NCBI GenBank assembly: GCA_009103225.1
Contig: RHPI01000008.1
Location: 125,581 to 189,580, forward strand
DNA: 64,000 bases
From: Chlorokybus atmophyticus
Lineage: Eukaryota; Plantae; Mesostigma and Chlorokybus algae
Reading direction: 5' to 3'
Part shown: positions 54,101-64,000 of the stretch, piece after piece
Position numbering within the stretch: the stretch's first letter is position 1
How the letters are laid out: the number at the start of each line of letters is the position of its first letter
Made by a program: the position numbers and the translations under genes
Notes under the pieces: generated by a model
Databases searched by the model: none
Told to the model about the DNA's origin: nothing
The model's input: only the letters and a program-made list of their open reading frames with translations

Positions 54101-56000
54101 TTGCATGCCACACGCTCACAACACCGTCCGCATGCACGCAGTATACCGTCTCGTCCTCACCCTCTCCGCCGCGGGAGAACGCCGGAGCCATCACACCTGC
54201 GAACGCTGCGTGGCCACGCGGAAGGGGTGCCGACGCCAATGTTGTCCCGTCTACATACCACAACAGAGTAAGGGACACATGCATGCAAAGTTGGAATGAG
54301 CATAATTATAGCAATGCGTGACTCACAGTCAGGGTCAAAGATGCGAAGCTCCCGCGCCAGCACCACGTACAGCATGCCCTGTTGGCAACAAACGCCTGAT
54401 GTGATCAGGTACAATGCGCATGCCATGGTGTGTGGTGTTAGTGTGTAATATATGGGTTGCTTACTGTGGGGGAGAAGGCGCAGTGCACATTGGCGTTGAC
54501 AAGAGCTTTGTCTCGAGCCTTGTCCTTGTCCTTGTCTTTGTCTTTATCTTTGTCCTTGTCCTTGCTGTCCTTGCTCTCCTTCGGCTTGTCGTCGGGAACA
54601 GGCACACGGAACTGCTTCACCTCCACATCACCCTCACCTGTTCAGATACCACCAAATGACTTGTGTGCTAATGAAGTGCTCACCTATTTCTCTGAACAAG
54701 GCGCACAAACACGCATGTGTGCACGCCCGCTCCCTCGCATGCACACATGCATGCATTGCGCGAGCACACACACGCACATGTGCACTTACGACACCCACCC
54801 TTGTGCAGGGCTTTGAGGGTGATAAAGTGGAGGGCTCCACGTGCGCCAAGGAGGAGGAGCGCGCGTGGGTTAAGTGGGCTGCGTCGGAGTGCGAGTATCT
54901 GTTCGGCGTGCTGGAAGTCGCATCGCCAGAGCGCCTGCCCCCTCGTCGTGTCGTACACCACGCACGCCGACGGCGCGTGCGCCGCCGCCAGCAGCCATGG
55001 CGCCCCGCACACCCACGCAAGATCCCTCACAGCGGGCGCATTCCCCTCCTTGTCCCTGTCCTTGTCCTTGTCTCTGTCCTTGTCCTTGTCCTTGTCCTTC
55101 CTGTCATTGCCATCTTGTCCCGGTGAGGACACGGACGATGTCGAGGAGGAGGACAACGGCGAGGGCAACATTTTCGGGTCGAAGGCGGCGACGGACTGTT
55201 GGCTTTGCAAGTCCCACACGACCACGCGGCCATTGGTGTCGCCGGAGGCCAGACGCAGCTGCGACTGGTGGCTGAGGTCGCGGGCCAGCGTCTCAGGAGA
55301 CCACCTCACCGCCGTCACGTTGCTAAGACCACCGGATAACACGCACACCTGCTGCATAGTCCTCACCTCCACCACCGCCACGCAGCCTGGCATGCAGAGT
55401 TGATGCACACTCGACGAGTTGGATTGAATGTTTGCTGGCATTGTGTAAGTCAGATAAGATGCTTTGCAGCTGTGCAGCTGGTTTGGATGTTGATGCCGGG
55501 TGCAACACTGCTATTCTCCCAGCAATTGCTGCCAATGCCCGCTAGTGTCACAGTTGTTAAGTTTCTGTATGTGTGATTGTGACGTGACGTCTTGTCTATC
55601 AACTATGAAGGCTTTGTCCTGTTGCGTAGACTTCAAAATCCCTTGCTTATAGAGAGCATGCTGATCAAAAAAAGCATTGTGTTTGATAAAGACGCTCAGT
55701 GAATGCTATACGCGTGTAAGCTATGTGTGCACACTGCCTATGCCATGCATCCGGTATTATGTGAGACACACAACAGAAGGCTGCTATCTTCTAGGATGAC
55801 TACACGGTTGCACAACGTGGATGAGTAGGGGTCAAGCATGAGGGTAAGCTATCAGTCTTGCCTGCTGCAGCATGGGCGAACAGCCCGTCCGGCGTGCAGT
55901 CTGCAGCGCCGCGGTTAGCTCGCACCGGCGGGCCAGGCACGCCTCCAAGGACCCACGCCCCAGTCCCACCCCCGGATCCTGCCCCCGCCGACGCCGCCAT
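51198..56000 (-). CDS. WDR11: WD repeat-containing protein 11 (exons 56000-55862, 55386-54799, 54637-54465, ~54379-54325, 54250-51198); first intron GC-AG
   Basis: GPPVRANRGAADCTPDGLFAHAAAG|CVAVVEVRT...VTAVRW...LRLASGDTNGRVVVWD matches the WDR11 N-terminus. The C-terminal region has AETLAAAQLMCSVGRYGEACAQLQDAGRWQDAAILAA. Confidence 0.85.
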
Positions 56001-56331
56001 CCTCACCCCCTTAGCCCACATCCACAACACCGCCAACAACCCTCACAAGTATAACGCATCACGAATTGTGCAAGTGACGCGCTACGCGGCTCATCACGCG
56101 CAACTTACGTCACAGTCTGAGGGGGATGCCGTTGTCATGCATGACGGTGCGTCAGTCCGACGCATGCCACGTTGGATGCAGGCAGACAGTGGCGCCACGT
56201 CACCCTCGTGACCGATATCCCGCAAGCGCCGACGTTTTCCGCGCCAAGAAGGTGTGCGTCGACATATGGCGGACAAGCGCTTGCACATAGTGTCAGTAAC
56301 GCAGGGCTTGTTGTCGGTGTTGGTGGCGAGG

Positions 56332-58334
56332 ATGGCGGGGGCGTTGGCGGTGGCCGGTGTCGCCGCTCCCCCTACTCGCTGCGGGAGCTTGAGGAGGTCC
56401 TTGTCCGTGGCCTCCTCTGACGGACCGTCTGGCCGGCAGCAGCCGGCGCCGCAGGTGGCTGGCTTTTTCGCCAGATTCAGGAGGCGGCGGCCACTCCTGC
56501 TGGGCGCCGCCGCCGCCGCTGCCGCCGCTGTGGTAGCATGCGTCGCCTCACCTTCCTCCAGGCTAGCTCAGGAGCAGGTGTGTGTGCATGTCTCTGACGC
56601 CTACACTGACTAAAGCAAGCAGCTTCCCCCCTTCTCACCTGTGCAACCCACCAGGCCAGCGCTGCTGAGGACGCTGCCGCTGCCTTTGCCGCCTCCCCGT
56701 TGCAGCATGTGCCTGTGGATCTTGAAACCGATGCAAACGGCGTCGAACGTGTCGCGTATAGGTGGATTGCTGGAAAGAAACTGCTTTCTTGCATGCTGGC
56801 TTGTGTGGACTGCTTCATGCTTACAATGCCACCACCGCCAATGGCTTCAATGCCATGCTTCTCGTCTTCTGTGTTGGCATGGCTTGCTGACTCTTGGTCT
56901 CCCCTCTCAGGCCGGATGGGTGGAACCGTTGGGTGTGGGAGGGACACAACATCAATGTAAGCCTGAGCTCTCTGCAGTAGCTTGGTTCGCACTCTCGACA
57001 CAACCTCTTGTGTGAGGCTGACCGAGTGTATGTGTCTCTTTCAGTACATCAAGCATGGTGAGACGGGTCCACCTGTAGTGCTCGTGCACGGGTTTGGAGC
57101 TTCAGCATACCACTGGAGGTCAGTTTCTTGACTGAGTACTTGTTCATGCTTGCTTCTGAGCAACCAACCGACAGTGTATGTACTACCTGTGGCAGGTACA
57201 ACATCCCCGCGCTGGCAAAGCATCACCGCGTGTACGCCCTCGACCTGTTGGGTTTCGGTCTGAGTGACAAGGCGACGGGTGAAACGGTGTACGGCTCGGA
57301 GCTGTGGAGCCGCCAGCTCGCGACGTTCATTGACGAAGTGGTTGGCGGGGAGCCGTGTGTCCTCGCCGGCAACTCACTCGGCGGATTCGCATCGCTACAT
57401 ACAGCCGCAGACAACCCTGACAAAGTGCGCGGGGTCGTGCTCCTCAACGCTGCAGGCCGCTTCGCCGAGGTATGCCACATGCACGCACGCATGCACGCAC
57501 ATGTGACACATGTGCACTGCCAAAACGCACCATGTTGTGTAATTCCGCATGGGATGTCGTTACGGGGTATCATATCAACTGCCCACTTTTTCAAGAGAAC
57601 GGCTTACAGCTTCAACACATGTGCGAGTTGTGCAATAACCTTCAACACGTTTGTCTCATACACACGTACACAGGCCCAACGTGCTGCAGTAGCGCTAGTT
57701 GATCCCGAGAGCAAGCCCGCGGTAAACTCGGTGTTGAGCTCCATGATGACCCCTTTTGCGACCATGGCGAAGCGTGCGGCGATCTACTACGCGTTCGTGC
57801 GGTCGAAGGAGGAGGGGTCAATCCGGTCCGTGCTGAACAATGTGTACATCAACTCCGCCAATGTGGACGACGACCTCGTGCGCAGCATCCGCGACCCCGC
57901 CCTCCACAACAACGCCTACGAGGTGTTCTACCGCGTGTCCTCGCAGGTAAAGGCAACAACAATGATGACATGAGTCAGGTGCATGCTGAACTCACGCCTG
58001 CTCTGTGTTGCGTGTATGTGTGCGCGTATGTGTATGCATACTTGGACTCACTGTGTGCATGTTGTGTGTATGTTGATGGGGTTGTATGTCTCAGGTCCAG
58101 GGTAATGCGCGCATCACGTTCAACGACCTAATCACCCGCCTCGAGACCGCCCGCACCCCCATGCTGCTGTTGTGGGGCGACCGCGACCCGTGGATGCGCT
58201 CAACCACAGCCGATCGGATTGTGTCGCTCTACCCGTATGCCACACTTGCGCGCCTCAACGCAGGACATTGCCCCCATGATGAGGCCCCTGAAGATGTCAA
58301 CAGACACTTCCTGCGCTGGTTGGCCAGCATTTAA
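56332..58334 (+). CDS. Alpha/beta-fold hydrolase with a transit-peptide-like N-terminus (pheophytinase-related plastid hydrolase family)
   Basis: WNRWVWEGHNIN|YIKHGETGPPVVLVHGFGASAYHWR|YNIPALAKHHRVYALDLLGFGLSDK, nucleophile elbow GNSLGG, LLLWGDRDPW, and AGHCPHDEAPE (catalytic His). Confidence 0.88.
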
Positions 58335-59127
58335 TAGTCACGTTGATACTAGTGTTGGAGAATCTGGGAGCACTACGTGTGCACTGCATGTACAGCATTG
58401 GTTTAGAGCATGACTCTGCCTCGCAGTACCACACGTGAAGTGGATGTTGTCTTGGGTGAGGAAGCATGGGCACTGTTGTGTTTGTCATGCTCAAAAAACA
58501 AGTTGTTGCTGTTGTTGCTGTCGCAATTGGCAGTTTTATACTTGCACCTGTGAGCTTCGAGGTAGTGAAACAGAGTGCACAGAAGTTGGCTATGGTTAAC
58601 ACCAGTACCGCCCGAGCAGACAGCACATGCCCTCTTTATCACTAACTCTTGTCTGCACTAACTCTTCAGCTGACCTGTCTACGTACAGACAAGACATTGC
58701 CAGTGGCAATGCTCTCTGTCCCTAACCAAGCTGCCACTAGTGCCTACTGCAATCTCTCAGCAGACACTCTGCAAAGGTGTTGTATCACATAACCAAGACA
58801 CTGTCAATTATCTTTTAGGAAGGCTTCTGAGTCGCAAGCAGTACCCGATCTCCTTGTTGCATGGTAAGCAGCATCCACTGCGCACGAATATCTCACATTG
58901 CCGTTAGTGTTCACGACAGCAGCAGCAGCACTCCTGCTCATGCATCCGCTTGTGTGGACATTTGAACTTGAGGGCGAGGCGTTGCTTGCCGTGGGTGTGC
59001 TTTGTGCCAAAAGACCGCCCAGTCGGATGCGCAGCATGCGGGCTGCGTGCTTCAGCTGCTGAAGTGCAGACGCGATGAGAGGTAAGCATTGTAATAAAGA
59101 AATAACGAGGGTTCTACTGCCCAATGC

Positions 59128-61451
59128 TCATCCAGCTTCATCCTCCTGCTCTTTCATCTGCTGTATTATTCTCTGCCGCTCCTGTGCCTGGAAATTGAGC
59201 AGCCAACCCAAAATGTAAGCTGCAAACAATGAACATCACATGAATGCTTGCAACTACCACACAACGCAACCAAGAAACCACAACAATGTCCACGCACCTG
59301 GCGCATCAGTCTCAGCGTGACATTCTCATAATCCTTGAGCGACGTGGGCGCCACGCTCGGCGCGGTTCGCGCCGCTTGAGGAATGGGAAACGCGGTACGA
59401 GCACCACCAGCAGCAGCAGCGTGGCCGTTGGTGTGCGGCGGCACTGCGGGTCGCGCCATCGCGGCTGCCGCAGCGCCAGTAGTGGTATTCGCCTCTGGAT
59501 GCGAAGGAGCTGTAGTGGTAGTGTCATCCACCGTGGCGCTCACGTCGGCCATTGTAACTAAGAGAGGGTTGCTGAGGTCTCCGCATAAGCTTTGTGAAGC
59601 CAAACGCTGCAGGAGAGAGTTGATGAGAGAGTGAGTGTGAGACTAAGAATGCATGCGTTTCTGGATGCGCACGAGTGCGGGCATGCCAGCAAGCATGTGT
59701 GTGCATGTGCATGTGCACGCATCAGTACACAATATGCTAAACTGTGAGCCAGATGCAAGAGTGTACTGTTAACACGCATGTATATGTGCATCATCCACCA
59801 TCCAACCACGCTTTCAATGCGCAACACAAGCCGATATGCTTGACGATGCATCAAGGTGATGGTTTCCTACTTGCCATACCGCTGCATCAGAGGTGGCCAT
59901 GACAATGAGGGCGCTGCCCTTCTTTTTCTTGACGGTGCAAACGACCACGTCCTCCACAGCGCCAAACACCTCAAAAATGGCACGCAGCCGTTCCACACCG
60001 TAATCATCGGCACCGCTCTCGCCTCGACTCCACCGGGCCTATGGCAACAAGTCAACAACAGCACTCTCTTCTACAACCAACATGCCTGATAGCAACCTAC
60101 AACCCGTGACGCAACAACAACTCAAGCTTCACCTTCACAGTCCTTTCTATGTGCTCCGCAGCCAAGTTGGCCCCAGCTGGAGCTGTTGACGAACAAAACA
60201 CAAACAACAGCAGCAGTCAGTGCATCTTGCAACTCACACAATACAATATTATCTCTCACAACCATGTAGCCTGTGCGTGCGTACCTGCTGCTCGTGCTGC
60301 GGCTGCAGCCCTTTCCCGCTCCTGCTGTTGTCTGGCAAGGCTGTCTCGTCGCAACCGCGCAATCTAGAAGCAACAACCAACAAACCAATGTTGATGTGGG
60401 GGTGTTGTGTTGCGATTACATACTGAAGTGTGGTGCACGACAATGGTGCGTGTGTTGCGGTGACCGCAAAAAGTGTACTGACCTCAGCGGCGAGTCGGCG
60501 CTTGGCATCCGCTAGCTCGTCCCGCTGCTCTGTGAACTGCTTCTCTCTCTTCTCCAACTCTGCAATCCCACAACAAGAAGATGATTAGTTACATGCCACA
60601 GACACCAGAGTACAGTTGCTGAAAAACCTGATAACATATACCACTCAAAGAGCATTTCATAATGATAGCAAAGTGCACAACAAAAGTTGCTTGCTGGCCA
60701 AGTCTTGCGAAACAGTCAACAGGAGAAATCCAAGTAGAGCATGCGAAGGACTCGCTATTCAACAGACCAATACAGCACAGGCAGAGCAGCCTTGGCGAAT
60801 GCGTGTATGAGTTAAAGTAGCACTTCACACCAACAATCAGCAGCGATGTATTTGCATCTGGTGGGAGCATGTGCACGCGTGTGTGTGTGCGTGCGCGTGC
60901 GTGTACGTGTGCGTGTGGGCGCGTGTCATATGTTTTCAGCAGCATCCTCAACGAACATTACATGCACGGGCCATAGCAGCAGCAACAAACAGCAGCAAGC
61001 ATGCTTATACTCAATGAGTACATGCATGTGCTTGCATACATGCGTGTGCACGTGTGTGCGCTCGTATGCATACTTATGTATGCGTTCGCTTACGCAATTG
61101 CCAGCATCCCCATTAAACAGAACACGCACACACACCTGCAACGAGCTTCTGCCTCTTGGCGCTATGCTGCGTTCGTCTTTGCGCCGCATCTGCTCGTGCC
61201 TTCAGCACAGCATCATAGGCTGCTCGTGCCCGCTCGTCTGTGAGAAACTCGTAGGCCCTCTGCACCCGCTCGTACTTGGCGGCGGCGGCGGCGGGGGACA
61301 CGCCCTTGCCGGGACGCTGCTTGTCGGGGTGGTAGAGAAGAGCCAGACGACGGAAAGCCTTCTTGACGTCCGGAGCTGGAGCGCCGGCGTCCAATTCAAG
61401 CTCCTTGTAAGGGTCAAGGTCGTCCAGGCCGCCGGCCGCCACGTCCGCCAT
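59128..61451 (-). CDS. DNAJC17: DnaJ homolog subfamily C member 17-like (J domain + RRM)
   Basis: J domain DPYKELEL...VKKAFRRLALLYHPDK, then a coiled coil, then an RRM ERTVK|ARWSR...ERLRAIFEVFGAVEDVV...KKGSALIVM. It ends QERQRIIQQMKEQEDEAG*. Confidence 0.85.
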
Positions 61452-61494
61452 CCTACCCACGAGCCTAGCTGGTCTGGTTGAGGGTTAGTCCAGG

Positions 61495-61502
61495 AAACCC
61501 TA
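61495..61502 (+). promoter_or_regulatory. Telo-box upstream of DNAJC17
   Basis: Exact AAACCCTA about 45 bp upstream of the ATG. Confidence 0.45.
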
Positions 61503-62404
61503 ATTCACCGAAATCAGTCGCCGCATACTTGCTTTGTGGTCCCCGTATGCGGTCGGCCTGGTATTCGTAGCCTCGTGATCACGTGACCCAACCGCGTGTG
61601 ACAGATCTGGTTAGGCTGTGTCGTAACATAACAGCCAAACTGTTGCCTACGCCTACAGCATGCACTGTACATACAATGTGGTGCAATGATGTGCTTGGTG
61701 GCTGCTAGTGCGAGCTTGTGTGAGACTGATACCTTGTGCAGTAAGTGATACAGAGATTGTGTCTGCACAGAAGACAGATCATGACCGGTGATTGCATCAA
61801 TCAAGAGACATCACACGTTGCATTCAAGAGAGTGCTGTATGCCTGAGCGAGCACTTGTCGTCTTGATTATCAAGATCTTGGCGTTGTGAACGACCAGAGA
61901 TGCATCTCCTACAATGCCTGTTAATGAGAACTCTGTTGCGTCGTAATGATGTCCACAGTAAGACACTGAGGTTCTTAGGCAGAGATTCAATGCGAACCTT
62001 GCTGCCAACTCTATGCACCCTTAATTGGTACTATAATGTACTGTTATGGGTATGTCAAAGTTTCAACATGTACAGCAGCGCAGCTCTCACGCCAACAAAC
62101 AAGCCAGCTGCTGCCCGGCGCTTGGGCAAGACTTTTGACACGCTGACTGAATCACCAGGAATGAATACCATCTTGCGTTCATGATGACATTGTCCTATCC
62201 TGCGGCAAATATCATCAGAACAGTGTCTCAGCACCACACACAGCAGATCATGCATTGTGCCTTGCCGCAGTGCAATGTGCATATGCGGTGCCTATACCTG
62301 CTGCACTTGGAGCGATCAGGGTTATTGCTTGCTTTGCAATTAGCACAACCTTGCTGGCTTGCTCCCTGTGGCTTGCTACCTGCCTCCCTTGCCAGGTAAA
62401 TGCT

Positions 62405-63063
62405 TCAAGCGAGGGGTTTGAGGAAGTCTGTGGCGACGGCGCGGCCACGTGCGTTGACGGCGAGCTTGAGCTCGCTGACCTCCTTGTCAAGATCCTCAAA
62501 GAACTGGAGTATGAACTGGACAAGGCGTGGGACAACCATGCGTGCGGTGTGTGCATTTGTGATGAGGAAGCTCACGTGGTAGCCCTGCACGGGTCTCTTC
62601 CTCAGCACGGGGAAGCCCGCCTCCGCCCTCTGCGCCAGGAACCTCAGGAACGCCGCCGCCGTCGCCGCCTCCAGGTCGTCCATGCCGCCTCTCAGCCTGA
62701 GGGAAACCCTAGCGCTGTTGATGGACGCCTCTATCAGGCAGCACTCGCCGCCCTCGCCGCCCCGAGCCAGCATCAAGGGCGGAAGCACCACCTCCGGACA
62801 CCCCGACTCATCCTGGGAGAGAAATCTGTCAGCCTATCAACCAGTCTGACTATGACAATGACAATGACAGCCACCTCCACACTCACCTGGGCAAACTCCA
62901 CCTCCGGGCGGTCGTGGCGCTCCACCGCCTGGCAGGGGAATGCCGATAGGCAAAGCGCCGATCTCAGCGCCGCACCCACCGCAGCCAGCCACAGCGCCCT
63001 GGTTGGGAACGTATGCACCGAAGCCGCCTTCGTCTCCATCTCCCCCGCCACAGCCACAGCCAT
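62405..63063 (-). CDS. ARPC4: Arp2/3 complex subunit 4 (exons 63063 or 63039 to 62887, and 62812-62405)
   Basis: ALRSALCLSAFPCQAVERHDRPEVE...CLIEASINSARVS...FLRFLAQRAEAGFPVLRKRPVQGYHVSFLITN...EDLDKEVSELKLAVNARGRAVATDFLK. Confidence 0.92.
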
Positions 63064-63318
63064 CGCCGACGACACCAACCACAACGCCCACAATGCAGTG
63101 TAACCCAGCTATGAGCCGACTCAAACACGCCGCTTGGCATCCACTTCTCACTTGATGATTCAAGTTGAATCACGTCAAGGTGATTTACTGAGCCTAAATT
63201 AATTGACGATCATTTACTGCCTCACTGAATCATCGTGACTGTGATACGAAGTTGCTTGACAGTTAGCGTAATCAAAGTGCGAGCGGCGGCGTCATCGGCA
63301 GCAGTGTAGCCTGCGGCC

Positions 63319-63539
63319 ATGCCGGAGGAGGCGGAGGCGGCTGACGACGACGGACGGGTGCGGTGGTGGGAGGAGAGTTGGAAGGACGCGAAGAGGGAGG
63401 GTCAGGGTGAGGGGCGGGGGCGGGGGCGGACAGTCGTTGGATTGGCGGTGGTCTGCGGGTGGATGGGAAGCACTGCGCGGCAGCTTGGACCCCACGCCAG
63501 ACTGCTCACGGCGCTGCACTGGAAGCCCCTACTGTGCAG
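63319..63539 (+). CDS. First exon of a TMEM53/DUF829-like gene (continues past the window)
   Basis: AVVCGWMGSTARQLGPHARLL resembles the DUF829 motif V..GW.G....L.KY. It is followed by donor GTGAGT at 63540. Confidence 0.5.
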
Positions 63540-64000
63540 GTGAGTACGTATAAGGGCATGTATCAATAACATTATCATAACATTTTTATTGTTACGAATT
63601 GTTGAGCGGTTGGTGTAGTTACTATCAAGGTACAGCTGGGTGAGTGTCCCCCTATTATTGCATGCCCAAAGGCAAGCCGTCCACATGTTAATTATGCAAG
63701 AGACGACTCCAGACGATTTGCCTGTGCAGCACTGCATTTGTCATGCTGAAATGATTGTAAGCACATTGGTAGACAGTCACATATCAAAGGAGTCACGTTA
63801 CGTATGCTTCAAGGTGGCCCAGCCTTGCATGCGCAGCTAGTCAGCTTGTGGTTGACAATGCATTATCCGCCCAACCCCATCACACCACCACCAACTATTA
63901 CCACTGCGCCCTCCCCCCCGCACCCGGAACATCACATACGCACATGCACGTGCATGGACACATGCCCCCCCCCCACCCCACAGGGTAATGCGCGCATCAC

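Overview
Eukaryotic nuclear DNA: intron-rich, with GT-AG introns, occasional GC-AG introns, and plant-type promoter motifs. Gene content and motifs suggest a streptophyte green alga (inference). It is a draft assembly with four long N gaps and three single-N joins. The left ~25 kb is a birth-and-death cluster of small 3-exon BTB/POZ genes: four intact copies (A-D), one doubly frameshifted copy (E) and one decayed remnant, next to a probable F-box pseudogene. Copies A, B and C sit in a duplicated module (one inverted, two tandem). Each module reads [orphan spliced gene X] <- conserved palindrome ATAAGCACG..CGTGCTTAT -> [BTB gene]. This module is the most unusual feature of the window. The right ~37 kb is ordinary housekeeping DNA: a small Lys-rich protein, MCM8, choline-phosphate cytidylyltransferase, RPS14, a rhomboid protease, an FHA-domain protein, WDR11, an alpha/beta hydrolase, DNAJC17, ARPC4 and the first exon of a TMEM53/DUF829-like gene. 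AT-rich intergenic islands lie between some of these genes. No CRISPR array, tRNA, rRNA or transposase ORF was recognised. Exon boundaries were assigned by hand and no database searches were run.
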